Assembly (NCBI RefSeq): GCF_006345805.1
Contig: NW_021833070.1
Location: 29,460 to 93,459 of the forward strand
Direction of reading: 5' to 3'
DNA: 64,000 nt
From: Octopus sinensis
Taxonomy: Eukaryota
In this document: positions 24,138 through 37,519 of the stretch, piece by piece
Numbering within the stretch: position 1 is the stretch's first letter
Layout of the letters: each line of letters opens with the position of its first letter
Notes under the pieces: generated by a model
What the model was told of the DNA's origin: nothing
What the model saw: the letters and a program-made list of their open reading frames with translations, nothing else
Databases searched by the model: none
Made by a program: the position numbers and the translations under genes

Positions 24138-24307
24138 AAAGATTGGTTTGAAAGTAGAAAACCTACAAAAATCAGCATTGCTTAGAACTGCAAGAATTCT
24201 TCGCAGGGTTCTTGAAACATGACCAGTAAACAAGCGTCATCTTAGTCTGCTGGCTGTGGACAGCTAACACTTTCCATCATACTCAGCAAAATAAGCTGTG
24301 AGTTTCC

Positions 24308-24308
<1 letters not shown>
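24138..24308 (+). mobile_element. R4/Dong-like 3' end, second family
   Basis: IGLKVENLQKSALLRTARILRRVLET* parallels the QK..L.GTA.ILR terminus of the other copies; followed by a short UTR and (TAA)n. Confidence 0.65.
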
Positions 24309-24369
<61 letters not shown>

Positions 24370-24398
24370 TAATAATAATAATAATAATAATAATTATA

Positions 24399-24763
24399 AA
24401 TGTGGAACCTGAAGACTAAAACAATACCTGTTGTCATAGGTGCCCTGGGAATGATAGCAAAGGGGCTGATACCAGGAAACCCAAAAATGGCAGAAATTCA
24501 AAAGATAGTGCTCATGGGAACTGCTCATATCCTACGCAAAATACTTTCTATGTAATCTCAAGGTTTAAAACAAACATAATTTTCGGTTTAAAAAAAAAAA
24601 AATTTTTTTTTAGACATTCATTAGTACAACACCAAAAACTCCCCACCAAATATATGGCACACTAGGCATAACAACAACATGAACTTTCAACCTGTTGTCT
24701 CTTGAGGTCTCTGGGTGAGACTTGGAGCCAACTTGTACAAATATAAAGCAAAAGTCAAACATA

Positions 24764-24764
<1 letters not shown>
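24399..24764 (+). mobile_element. Shorter copy of the 22810-23554 family
   Basis: Near-identical from TGTGGAA.CTGAAGACTAAAAC to the same 3' end AAAGTCAAACATAG; (TAA)n on both sides. Confidence 0.85.
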
Positions 24765-24851
<87 letters not shown>

Positions 24852-24882
24852 CACAATAATAATAATCACAATAATAATAATA

Positions 24883-25565
24883 GGAGAGTTTGAAAGGAAT
24901 ACACAGGACGTTAAGGATAATACAGCATCGTGGGCATGGTTTGAGCGAAGTGATTTGAAGCGTACCACCGAAACCATGATCATTGCTGCACAAGACCATA
25001 CTCTCGCTACCAAGTCAGTGAAGTATAACATCTATAAAACTTCTGACACCCAAAAATGCAGACTCTGTGGAAAGACTGTGGAAAATGCGACCCACTTAGT
25101 AAGTGGATGTGAAAGCCTTGCACAAAAAGAATACAAGCGCCGCCATGATAAAGTGTGTGTGTATGTCTTCATTGGCTCTTATGCCGTGAATACCAATATG
25201 AAGTAACAGAGAACTGGCATGAGCATGTACTAAGTAAAGTTATGCAGGAGGATGGAAAAGTAACGAGACTCTGGGACTATGATTTTCAGACGGATCGTGT
25301 AATCAAACAACATCAGCCGGATATTGTCATATTGAATAAGAGAGACAAATACTGTCAGATCATTGATGTAGCTATACCAAATGACATGAATGTTGTGAGT
25401 AAAGAGGTTGAAAAAATCACTAAATACTCTGAATCGAAAGTGGAAATGGCAAGACTGTATGGAATGCGAGAGGGTAGTGTAAAAGTGATACCAGCGGTAA
25501 TCGGAGCGTTGGGCTCAATTCCATTGAAACTTCAAGACTTCTTAAGGCAACTTTCCCGGCGTGTT
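24883..25565 (+). mobile_element. R4/Dong-like fragment, third family (knuckle plus RLE)
   Basis: ETMIIAAQD...CRLCGKTVENATHLVSGC...RRHDKV, frameshift, then WDYDFQTDR...QPDIVI...IIDVAIP...KITKY...PAVIGALG. Confidence 0.85.
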
Positions 25566-25589
25566 AAAATAATAATAATACTGATAATA

Positions 25590-26152
25590 ACACCTGCTTA
25601 CTGATAGACATTGCAGTCGCTTCTGATCAAAATATTGTCAAAAGAAGTGGAGAAATTGTCCAAGTACAAAGAAGTATTCAAGATGTGGGGCATGAAGGTG
25701 AAAACAATACCACTAATAATTGGAGAATTGGGCATGATAAAAACAAAATGAACAAAAGCGTAGAAGCTATACCTGGCTCCTTAAAACTACACACTATCCA
25801 AAAAGTAGCCCTGCTAGGAACAGCCCACATTTACACAAGACACTATCAGTTCAATAATACAACCTAAACAAAACAACCCACAAACACAAAACATATACAG
25901 CGATTATCCAGTGAAATAAACTTCCGCCAGCAAGCTAGTTAACCAATGCACTGCACACTCAACACACAATACAAGCAGTAATACAACAAAAGACTGCACC
26001 ACATCTCAAGACAAAAAATAACTGATGTGATATAATACCGGGAAGAGTTTGCACACTCCCAGCAACAGAAAAGAAAACACAATGTTGCAACATGGAGGTG
26101 TAGCAGGTGATGTAGAAGAAATTTGCCTGAAACTACCAAGAGTTGAACAATG
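25590..26152 (+). mobile_element. R4/Dong-like 3' fragment, fourth family
   Basis: LLIDIAV...KMWGMKVKTIPLIIG.LG...IQKVALLGTAHI with frameshifts; the presumed UTR runs into (ATA)n. Confidence 0.65.
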
Positions 26153-26185
26153 ATAATAATAATAATAATGATAATAATAATAATA

Positions 26186-26239
<54 letters not shown>

Positions 26240-26345
26240 TAATAATAATAATAATAGCAATAAAAAAAAACAAGCATTAGAGGTATCGTTTCTAAGTAAA
26301 ATAAATCCCAAAATATTCCTAAAAATTGATACAAAATATTGTTTA

Positions 26346-26424
<79 letters not shown>

Positions 26425-26620
26425 TGCATGTGTGTATGCATATGTAAATGTATGTATATGTATATATGTATACGTGCATGTATTCATATATATATATATA
26501 TATATATAATATATATATATATATATACGTACATATACATACATACCCATAAATTTAAACCCATGTGTATGTGAGAGGGAGAGAGAAAGAGCGAGAGAGA
26601 AAGAGAAAGAGAGAGAGAAC

Positions 26621-26708
<88 letters not shown>

Positions 26709-28204
26709 TGTGTGTGTGTTTGTGCGTGTGGGTGAAACGTTACAAATGGTCAAACGAACAAACATTGTGTGTATTTTTCAAATTTTATTGAATTGATTAG
26801 TGAGAAACTGTTGAGCCACCGACGCAAATTACTCGTTTGCCGGAACTGCACTGTTTAAATTCCTGTTACTATCCGTATCTTTTCTCCTTTGTTTATTTTG
26901 TTAAAAAAAATCCTTGTTTATATGTTTTCCCACGCAAAAATCGAAAGAAACAAAAAGCGAACGCATCACCAACGTCACCCAGGCGACAAAATTCACTGGA
27001 AGTGTGTGTGAGAAATATCACTTATTTTTAAATAAACACAAAAATGGAATGAAAATATAAAGTAAATGTTACATTTAACAATTTTGAAACCGAATACATT
27101 GTTTTGACGGCAAATTTCTCAAACTGCTAACTCATGTCATAGAAATAAAAGATAAACAGTCCCTATAAATGACCCAAAGTAAACCAATGGATGTAATCGG
27201 CCGTCAGTTAGAAAACAAATCTTAGTTTATAATGTTTATATGTAAAACGTATAAATGTGTATGTATGTATGTATGTATGTATGTATGTATGTATGAATGT
27301 ATGTATGTATGTATATATGTATGTATGCATTTATGTATGTATGTATGTATGTATGAATGTATGTATGTATGTATGTATGAATGTATGTATGTATGTATGT
27401 ATGAATGTATGTATGTATGTATGTATGTATGTATGTATGTATGTATAGATATATAAATATACACCCATACTTACACCCCACACATACACGTGTGTAGATA
27501 GATAGATAGATAGTACACTGGCATTAATGATATTGCTTTTATAAACCAAAATATTGCACCTTACAACTAAACTTTCTACAGCAAATTCTCTTTCTTCCTT
27601 TCTTTCTTTCCTTCTTTCATTTTTTTCTTTCTTTCTTTCTCTCCCTCAGTTATATGTCCGGATCTTTCGAAACACGCAACAGGGTATCTCGTTCCTCAGA
27701 TGGGCAAGCTCACTGACACTAGCAACCGTGTCTGGCATGCGAATATTTTGTCAAATGCCTGCTTATGACCAGCTTTTGCGTCTCTCATCTCTACGGTCCG
27801 TGTTTTCCTATCAGATCACACTATCGCACCACGTGCTGATGGAGTTTTGTTTCATTCACACCTTATCAATTTCAGTGAGTACTAGTATTTTTTTTGTTTT
27901 GTCCTTTGTCCCCTGCACTCTTCCCGGTATAATCCCCATCGTCCCATTTACCGTCAATTCTGACAACGCCCACATTTTCTCCATCATACTGACCTTCGTT
28001 CTTCCATTACCTTCAACATTCATATACAACCAAAACAAATCCCGTCAAAAACCTACACTCACTCCCTGAACAAAGCTCTCGAAAATAATCTCAAATTTAA
28101 TCATAACTATCTTGCTTCTTTCAACAGTAAAAAACATAATCCTCATACATACCAAGAAAACACTTGTAACCATCATCTCTATAAAGCGCGAACAGCGCAC
28201 AACC

Positions 28205-29418
28205 ATTATGTTATCAAAAAAGTTCTTGCGGTTTTTGACCTTTAAATTCAGATGCACATATCTCAGCTCAAACAAAACTTTATTAATAGAAATAAACACC
28301 ATCAGAATCAACACACGTTTGCCAACGCGAACCAAGTTTACTTATGCCAGTAGCGTAAAAATCCTGCATTCTGGTGGCGATGAAGTCATTGAAGGCGTGT
28401 TTGGTATCGTCTCGGTTTTTTAAGCATTTCTCACGCAGGAAGTTGTTGGGATACTTGAAAAAGTGGTAGTCGGTAGGATGAGGCAGAGTTTCGTAGCCCA
28501 ATTCGTTCAACTCCTACAGAGTCAGTTGTGCGACGTGCGGCCGAGCGTTGTTGTGGAGAAGAATTGGTCCTTTTTTATTGACTAATGCTGGCTGTTGTCG
28601 GAGTTTCTTATGGATTTCATCCATTTACTGACAGTACTTCTCTGCCGTAATGGTTTCGCCTGGATCCAAAAAGCTGTGATGGATGAGACCGGCCGCAAAC
28701 CACCAAACAGTCACCATGACCTTCTTTTGGTGCAACTTTGACTTCGGGAAGTGCTGTGGAGCTTTGTCGGCGTCCAACCACTGAGCTGAGTGTCGCCAGT
28801 TGTCGTAAAGAATCCACTTTTCATCGCAAGTCACAAACAGGTCGTTCTTGTTGCGTAAAAGAAGGGAAGATAGCAATTCAATTCGTGCGGCACCCATTTC
28901 TCAAGTATTTTTGTTTTACCAATCTCTTTCAAGTGGTTGGAAATTGTCGTATACGTTACGTCTAATTCAGAAGCAAGCTCTAGAAAGTTGTGCGTGGATT
29001 GGCTTCTACAAAGGCTGTTAGCTGATCGTTGTCAACATCCGACCACTACGCTTATCATCTTCAAGACTCTCATCACCGCTACAAAATTTCTTAAACCACC
29101 ATTGTGCTATAAGTTCTTTAGTGGTTCCTGGGCCAAACGCATTATTGATATCGCGAACTGTTTCAGCAGCTTTTCGGCCTAGCTTGAACTGGAATAAGAA
29201 AATTGTGCGAATTTGCTTTTTGTCTATGTTGTATTCAACGTTACGGAAAAAAATGGCCTAATTATTCAAAAAGAAAAAGAGTAACACGATTAGATAGAGC
29301 GAAAAACGGGCTTTAAAATGATTTATAAAGACAAAGTAATTTAACGAAAATTAATTTGAAAATACACCATTTAAAACCAAAATTAAAAATTCCGCAAGAA
29401 CTTTCTTGGCAACCTAAT
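28205..29418 (-). mobile_element. Degenerate near-full-length mariner transposon (DD34D type)
   Basis: TIRs ATTAGGTTGCCAAGAAAGTTCTTGCGG (29418 end) and ATTATGTTATCAAAAAAGTTCTTGCGG (28205); fragments VTCDEKWILYDN, WWFAAGLIH..FL..GETITAEKYC, HNNARPH, PTDYHFFK; stops and frameshifts. Confidence 0.9.
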
Positions 29419-29810
29419 AGAAGCCTCACAATCGCTTCAAATGCTAAGTTCGGCTATTATTGAAGCTCTTTCTTGACGAACGCACACTCTTAACATAGTA
29501 AAAATTGCAATACAGGAGCATGCCATTATTTTCAGTGCAAGAGAACTACTAACCATCAACTAATAATCATTTGCAATACTCAGATGAGGGACGTAATGGA
29601 GTACCGCTTTCAGATTAGGAATTATGCAGCTGCTTTATACAGGTATGTTAGAGAAATCAGTCAAATGATTGGCATAAAGTCGTGGACTTAGTCCAACCTC
29701 CAGCCCACAAATGCACCGTTTTCACACTTTCTGTCGCTCTCTCCCTCTCTTTTTCTTTCTTATTCCCCCCTCTCTCTCCTCCCTTCCTTAGCGCTAGTAT
29801 AGTACACTAG

Positions 29811-30199
29811 TGGAGGCGCAATGGCCCAGTGGTTAGGGCAGCCGACTCGCGGTCGTAGGATCGCGGTTTCGATTCCCAGACCGGGCGTTGTGAGTGTTTA
29901 TTGAGCGAAAACACCTAAAAAGCTCCACGAGGCTCCGGCAGGGGATGGTGGAGATCACTGCTGTACTCTTTCACCACAACTTTCTCTCACTCTTACTTCC
30001 TGTTTCTGTTGTACCTGTATTTCAAGGGGCCGGCCTTGTCACTTTCTGTGTCACGCTGAATATCCCCGAGAACTACGTTAAGGGTACACGTGTCTGTGGA
30101 GTGCTCAGCCACTTACACGTTAATTTCACGAGCAGGCTGTTCCGTTGATTCGGATCAACCGGAACCCTCGTCGTCGTAACCGACGGAGTGCTTCCATCC
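29811..30199 (+). mobile_element. Full-length SINE family C with a 12-bp target-site duplication
   Basis: A box TGGCCCAGTGGTTAG, B box GGTTTCGATTCC; ATAGTACACTAG at 29799-29810 and 30200-30211. Confidence 0.92.
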
Positions 30200-30501
30200 A
30201 TAGTACACTAGCTCCTCGGAACTGGCAGGCCTTGTCCTTCCTCCACTCACGCATCTACGATTCACTTATCTCTCCTCCTCCTCCTCCTCCTCCTCCTCTC
30301 ATTTCCTATATTATATTCAAACATTCATGTCAAGACATGCATTAGTCCCCAACCTCGATGCCTTTTTTTTTCTACTTTTCTTCCTAGAACGCCAGTCCTC
30401 TGGAATTAACCTCTGTGCACGTCTTTTCTGCATTGGAGAACTTGCAATAGATTAAGCAGACCATCAACGGCCTTCAGTCTCACTGGTTTTACACCAAATT
30501 A

Positions 30502-30545
<44 letters not shown>

Positions 30546-30679
30546 ATGTCTGTATATATGTCTGTATGTATGTATGCATAAATATATACATACAAACACA
30601 CATACCCGCATACATACATATTTACACACATACACACACATGTATATGTGTGTGTGTATGTGTATATTTATATACTATA

Positions 30680-31072
30680 CTAGCAGTATCGCCCGACGTT
30701 GCTCGGGTTTGTAAGGGAAATAACTATATAAGCATTTTTAGAGATGTAAAGTATAATAGCCATCTCAATATGGCTAACCACAAAGGGGGGGGGGTGTTAC
30801 TGTAGCTTTTTACGTTCTGAGATTTAATAATAAATTTTTAGAGAGTTACTTCCATTATATATGCCAAAATGCATTAAAAATGGGAAAAATTGATGGTAAT
30901 TTTTTTTTAATCGTAGACTCATCGTAGACGCGCGCTAATACCCAGAAGGGCTCGATATGAATCACGACTATAAGATACCCGGTTTTGGTTAAACTGCACC
31001 GCAAAATGTGGGAGTAGTTAGGAATCTAAATCGTAGGAGACAGACACACAACCTCACTTTTATATATAAAGA
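30680..31072 (-). mobile_element. Helitron-like H1 copy
   Basis: Minus-strand A|TC...hairpin...CTAG|T termini; matches 5373-5768. Confidence 0.8.
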
Positions 31073-31734
31073 TATATATATATATGTGTGTGTATGTATA
31101 TTTATATACTATATATATATATGTGTGTGTGTATGCATGAGCATACATGGGTTAGTGTGCATGTATATTGTATGATAACAGGTAATAAACCGAAGCGTCG
31201 AAATCACAGACAAACTTTTCCTTGTAAAAATTAATAAAGTTGACACTGTATTAAAGAGTATTGAGTGATCCGTCAATTTGACGTTCAACTATTTTTATAG
31301 ATAGCTTTATATTTTGTTTATCTTCTCTTGAAACGGAAATAATGTTATAGAAATCATGAATTTATCTACTCCGGAATTTTCGCACAAATTCAAATGATTG
31401 TAGTTGGATTGGAGCAAGTATACTACATCTTTCCTCTGAGAGAGTTGTTTATCAGGTACAAATTACAGGTGTTACTGGAAAAGATTTACATTTCCACAGG
31501 TTGAAACAATCTTTCCCGCTAGACGAAATCAATTTATTTTCGTTGACACTACTTTTGTATGCCTTTTTAAGTGCTGTCTGTTGTACACCTGGGAAACATT
31601 AGGGAAAAGGGATGTCTTTTGCTTTCTCTAAACCAGTGGTTCTCAACCATTTTTGACCCATGGATCCTTTGATTCCTGTTATATTCAAGTGGGTCCAAAA
31701 AGCCTATTATATTTATATAATTGAATATTATTTT

Positions 31735-32088
31735 TTTTACTTGTTTCAGTCATTTGACTGCGACCATGCTGGAGCACCGCCTTTAATCACACAAATCGAA
31801 CCCAGGATTTTTTTTTGTAAGCCTAGTACTTATTCTATCGGTCTGTTAGGCCGAGCCGCTAAGTTACACACCATCATCGGTTGTCAAGCGATGTTTGGGG
31901 AACAAACACAGACACAGAAATACATACATACGACAGGCTTCTTTCAGTTTCCGTCTACCAAATCCACTCACAAGGCTTTGGTCGGCCCGAGGCTATACTA
32001 GAAGACGCTTGCCGAAGGTGCTACGCAGTGAGTCTGGACTCGGGACCATGTGGTTGGTAAGCAAGCTACTTACCACACAGTCACTCCT
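31735..32088 (-). mobile_element. SINE family A with internal deletions
   Basis: Consensus match in reverse orientation. Confidence 0.8.
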
Positions 32089-32282
32089 GTTTGTTTTTAT
32101 GAATTTTTTATTATTTTATGAATTCTTGTCGAATATTATATAATTAAATTAGATATTACACTTTGCTGCGAAGCCGAAACGAAAAGTCAAAGTAGCTGCC
32201 TGCAAATGGTTAGACATTCAGCTCTGATACTCTCTTTACTATAACAGATTGAAATAAAAATGAAACTAGAAAGGTCAAAGGA

Positions 32283-32514
32283 CTCTCTCTCTTTACTCTT
32301 TTACTTGTTTCAGTCATTTGACTGTGGCCATGCTGGAGCACCGCCTTTAGTCGAGCAAATCGACCTTAGAACTTATTCTTTGTAAGCCTAGTACTTATTC
32401 TATCGGTCTCTTTTGCCGAACCGCTAAGTTACGGGGACGTAAACACACCAGCATCGGTTGTTAAGCGATGTTGGGGGGGACAAACACAGACACACAAACA
32501 TACACACACACACA

Positions 32515-32545
<31 letters not shown>

Positions 32546-32548
32546 CAC

Positions 32549-32616
<68 letters not shown>

Positions 32617-32760
32617 TATACGACGGGCTTCTTTCAGTTTCCGTCTATCAAATCCACTCACAAGGCTTTGTTCGTCCCGAGGCTATAGTAGAAGACACTT
32701 GCTCAAGGTGCCACGCAGTGGAACTGAATCCAGAACCATGTGGTTCGTAAGTAAGCTACT
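32283..32760 (-). mobile_element. SINE family A
   Basis: Consensus match in reverse orientation; expanded internal (CA)/(TA) tract. Confidence 0.88.
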
Positions 32761-33026
32761 TATGTTAAAATTAAACTGGATATTAAAAATAATTGTAGAA
32801 AAAGAAATATGTTTTTGTTGTCTTTTCTGTTTTTGTACACCAGCTGAAGAACAAGTGAGGTTGTTCTCAAAACGCACCACGATGTCTTCGAGTGTGTGAA
32901 CCTTCTTTGATAGTCACAAGGAAAGAACACCGAAAATATACGGATGAGCCTGATCTCTTTTGGACACGTACGGACGTACGCACACGTACCCATACACACA
33001 ATTACGAAATGAAATCCTTACCATAA

Positions 33027-33459
33027 ATCTTTTCAGTTTGAACGACAGTTTTTAAAATAATTTCCACGTAACTAAACACTTTTAAACTTCGTATACTGGT
33101 AGAATGTTTTTATAAAACATCTTTTTCTCTTGGGTTTATTGAGAAAATTCTATAGTTTGTAAGATATTTGTTGTTGTTTTTTCCTCAATTTCTGCAATTT
33201 CAACCAATCAATGACGTCTATTGAGGTGAAAACATTCTGTGCCGTATGAAGAAACAGATTGGGTTTATTTACATTTATGAAGAAAAAAGATACCCTTTCC
33301 CCTACCCCTAACCCTAACCCAAACCCTAACTAACCCTAACTAACCCTGACCCTAAACCTAAAACAGATTGAAATGCAATAGATCGATACTAGGGTCATAA
33401 TTATGGGTGACAATTTCATATGACACCGCTAGAAAAAATGTCGTCCAAACCGAAAAGAT
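33027..33459 (+). mobile_element. MITE-like element with an internal (CCCTAA)-like tract
   Basis: TIRs ATCTTTTCAGTTTGAACG.CA / ..G.CG..CAAACCGAAAAGAT; CCCTAA-like repeats at 33299-33362; second copy at 55359-55776. Confidence 0.75.
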
Positions 33460-33860
33460 CCTAAATCTCGTAATATCTCGTAAAGTTTACATGTTATCTT
33501 CCTGGAAAACTTTAACAGAGAAAAGATAGATTGTGCTTATTCTAAATTACTTTGAACGTCTGTAAACCTGTGTGTTGAGCCATCTATCTATCCGAGTTGA
33601 TGCGAAATATGAACTATCAGTTTGTTTTGTTTAAATATTTATAGTTAAATATATGGATATACATTTTTATCAGTTCTTGGACGTATAAAATAACGAGTAT
33701 AGAACAGTGAATTCCCACAGGTGTTGGCCTCAAAAATTGAAATAATGAAGAATTAAAGATTGAAAATTTCAAAAAGAGAATATGCATATTCACATGCATG
33801 TACACACACACACACACACACACGCATGTATGCATGCATGCACATATATATGTATATGTA

Positions 33861-33928
<68 letters not shown>

Positions 33929-33951
33929 GTATATATATATATATATGTATG

Positions 33952-34000
<49 letters not shown>

Positions 34001-34027
34001 ATATATATATATATAATATATATTATA

Positions 34028-34059
<32 letters not shown>

Positions 34060-36021
34060 GATATTTTCATAATACATGCATGCATACATTCTTAAAATAA
34101 AGTTATATTACTTCATTATTCATATCATATTCTAAGAAAACATTACCGAAATCTAGAGAATGCAGTTGTTTATATATTAAGAAGGTTTGAATACTGAATT
34201 ACATAAAGTTTTTTCTCATAACAAACCATAAAGATTTGGGCGATTACTATTAAGTTTGTAAACACTCAAGCATGCTGTTATGTAATTTAAGGAATCCATT
34301 TTGGACAAACACATACACACACATATGTGTGTAAATATATGTGTTGTCTATGTGTGTGTATTTGTATTTCAATAATCTTAAGCCAGCTGTCAATATGTTG
34401 CAACTAAAAGTTTTAAGAATTCTAAAATGCTTTAGTCTTTAGGCACCGAGTAACTTAATACTATGGGTAATATTGTTTCAAATACAAGGAGTTTCTCTCA
34501 CCTCCGTTTTCCCCCCTTTCTTAATTTCGTAATTTCTAATTAAAGGCAGATAAAATGTCAATAAACGAAAGTGGATAAGTCTCTTGAGAATGAACTTTTG
34601 AGATGTAGTAAATTATAAATGCATCGTAGCATATCGTTCAGCTGGATAATATAAAAAAATTAAATAATAAGATAATAGGGATTAAGAAAGGGAAATAAAT
34701 CAAGTGCCTAAAAATATCTTCATCAATACACACCCGGCTCATATGGGAATCAACACCATGTTTCGTTGAGAACAGTTATGTCCAGTTACGTAATATGAAT
34801 TTATTGACGTGTTTACAAGTACCAAGCTTCTCCAGCTTAGCGTTTAAATATATTCCTACTTGAATCCACAAACGTTTTTCCCTTTACTGGAGGAACAGCA
34901 ATTCAGAATAACGAGACTAAGATATATTAGAAAAAGTTCATAATGAAACATAACAAATACGTATTCCCATCATCAGCTGCCAAGCGGATATCACCATGAT
35001 TTCGACATCTGGGCTGTACCATTCAATCCGGCAGTTTCAACGGCAACAGCGTAAAAAATATAAACGCGGCTTGAGAATCCACTTCCTGATTATTACAAGT
35101 AAAAGCATCAAAGTAAAGAAATAGTATTAACTTAGAGTTATATTAATAGAACTTATGAAACAAAAAACTTGTTCAAAAATGGATATTCAGAGGATACAAC
35201 GAAATTAGACTACTAGATACTTTGTTTCTCAATCTACATCACAGCAAAAACAAGCCTAATAAAGACAAGTGGAACAGTATACTTTATAAGCAACATCTTC
35301 GAAAAATGTACAAATAAAAGGATAGGCTTATGTCGATATCTATGAAACAAGTTCAATACTATAAAATTTATTAGCCAAATACATTGTTTATTAAAAGTGA
35401 AACTTTGAAATGAACAGGGAATTAGAATTAAATCAAATTTTTTTTAAATGTTTATATAAATCTACACACACACACATGCACACACACACACATATGTGTG
35501 TATGTGTGAACTGGCAGAAACGTTAGCGCGCCGGACGAAATGCTTAGCGGTATTTCGTCTGCCTTTACAAGGCGCAGGAGTGGCTGTGTGATAAATAGCT
35601 TGCTTACTAACCACATGGTTCCGGGTTCAGTCCCAATGCGCGGCACTTTGGGCAAGTGTCTTCTACTATAGCTTCGGGCCGACCAAAGCCTTGTGAGTGG
35701 ATTTGGTAGACGGAAACTGAAAGAAGCCCGTCGTATATATATATATATATAAAAATTTAGCAATTAAGGACAACTACTTAATAAGGAAAACTTAACAAGA
35801 ATTGTCAGGTAGATAGCGTAAAAACCTCATAAGAAAAAAATTTCGAAAATAATTATTTCTTATTGAACATATTAATAATATTAGAGGGCATTATACATAC
35901 ATGCTAGGAGGCATTCTACATACCCGCCATACGCTAAGAGGGACAATCAGTCATTCTACCAAAAATATTACTAATCCCACCGAATGCAATTTTTCAAAGA
36001 AAGACATTTTAAAAATATATA

Positions 36022-36067
36022 GACCTGTATCACAGTGATTTCATACTTACGTAATCATCAGCAGGCC
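36022..36067 (-). ncRNA. Type I hammerhead ribozyme, intact core (inverted unit)
   Basis: Reverse complement reads GGCCTG CTGATGA TTACGTAAGTAT GAAA TCACTGTGA TA CAGGTC. Confidence 0.75.
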
Positions 36068-36412
36068 TGAATATACTATAAATAAACAACGACCCGCCCT
36101 TAAAGCCGATCAGCTAACTGATCATATAAATTAATATGTTCAATAAGAATAATTAGTTTCGAAATTTTTTCTCTTATGAGGTTTTTACGCTATCTACCTG
36201 ACAATTCTTGTTAAGTTTTCCTTATTAGTAGTTGTCCTTAATTGCTAAATTTTTATTCCGAAAAAACTTTTCCTCTCCCGAAATGCAATTCGTAAAAGTT
36301 TGCCATTCATCCGGATATAGTTATATAACCAACCCATGTGCTTCGTTGATGTTGATCAGTTAGCTGATCGGCTTAAGCGAGGCAGGGTCGTTGTTTATTT
36401 ATAGTATATTCA

Positions 36413-36456
36413 GGCCTGCTGATGATTACGTAAGTATGAATCACTGTGATACAGTC
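36413..36456 (+). ncRNA. Hammerhead copy with 1-nt deletions (GAA instead of GAAA)
   Basis: Same fold as 36889-36934 but lacks one A and one G, both in homopolymer runs. Confidence 0.55.
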
Positions 36457-36888
36457 TATATATTTTTAAATGTCTTTCTTTGAAAAATTGCATTCGGTGG
36501 GATTAGTAATATTTTGGTAGAAATGACTGATTGTCCCTCTTAGAGTATGGCGTGTATGTAGAATGCCTCCTAGCATGTATGTATAATGCCCTCTATATAT
36601 AAATTAATATGTTCAATAAGAAATAATTATTTTCGAAATTTTTTCTCTTATGAGGTTTTTACGCTATCTACCTGACAATTTCTTGTTAAGTTTTCCTTAT
36701 TAGTAGTTGTCTTAATTGCTAAATTTTTATTCCGAAAAACGTTTCCTCCTCTCCCGAAATGCAATTCGTAAAAGTTTGCCATTCATCCGGATATAGTTAA
36801 TAAACCAACCCATGTGCTTCGTTGATGTTGATCAGTTAGCTGATCGGCTTAAGCGAGGCAGGGTCGTTGTTTATTTATAGTATATTCA

Positions 36889-36934
36889 GGCCTGCTGATG
36901 ATTACGTAAGTATGAAATCACTGTGATACAGGTC
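36889..36934 (+). ncRNA. Type I hammerhead ribozyme, intact core
   Basis: Stem I GGCCTG/CAGGTC; CTGATGA 36895-36901; stem II UAC-GUAA-GUA (GNRA loop) on a U.U pair; GAAA 36914-36917; stem III AUCAC-U-GUGAU; predicted cleavage AUA after 36928. Confidence 0.8.
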
Positions 36935-37361
36935 TATATATTTTTAAATGTCTTTCTTTGAAATTGCATTCGGTGGGATTAGTAATATTTTGGTAGAAAT
37001 GACTGATTGTCCCTCTTAGCGTATGGCGTGTATGTAGAATGCCTCCTAGCATGTATGTATAATGCCCTCTATATATAATTAATATGTTCATAAGAAATAA
37101 TTTTTCGAAATTTTTTCTCTTATGAGGTTTTTACGCTATCTACCTGGCAATTTCTTGTTAAGTTTTCCTTATTAAGTAGTTGTCCTTAATTGCTAAATTT
37201 TTATTCCGAAAAAACTTTTCCTCTCCCGAAATGCAATTCGTAAAAGTTTGCCATTCATCCGGATATAGTTATATAAACCAACCCATGTGCTTCGTTGATG
37301 TTGATCAGTTAGCTGATCGGCTTAAGCGAGGCAGGGTCGTTGTTTATTTATAGTATATTCA

Positions 37362-37406
37362 GGCCTGCTGATGATTACGTAAGTATGAATCACTGTGATA
37401 CAGGTC
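37362..37406 (+). ncRNA. Hammerhead copy lacking one A of GAAA
   Basis: Otherwise identical to 36889-36934. Confidence 0.55.
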
Positions 37407-37519
37407 TATATATTTTTAAATTTTCTTTTGAAAAATTGCATTCGGTGGGATTAGTAATATTTTGGTAGAATGACTGATTGTCCCTCTTAGCGTATGGCGT
37501 GTATGTAGAATGCCTCCTA

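Noticed and set aside
27554-28200. ORFs of 60-171 aa as LINE or host exons
   Set aside because: No recognisable motif in any frame.
32844-32875. CTGAAGA-ACAA/TTGT hairpin
   Set aside because: Lacks GAAA, an NUH triplet and stem I.
33299-33362. Telomere or chromosome-fusion scar
   Set aside because: A short degenerate tract internal to a dispersed TIR element present twice.
34990-35200. PLE RT thumb remnant (NLFKNGYSE)
   Set aside because: Only a few residues match amid stops; it needs BLASTX support.
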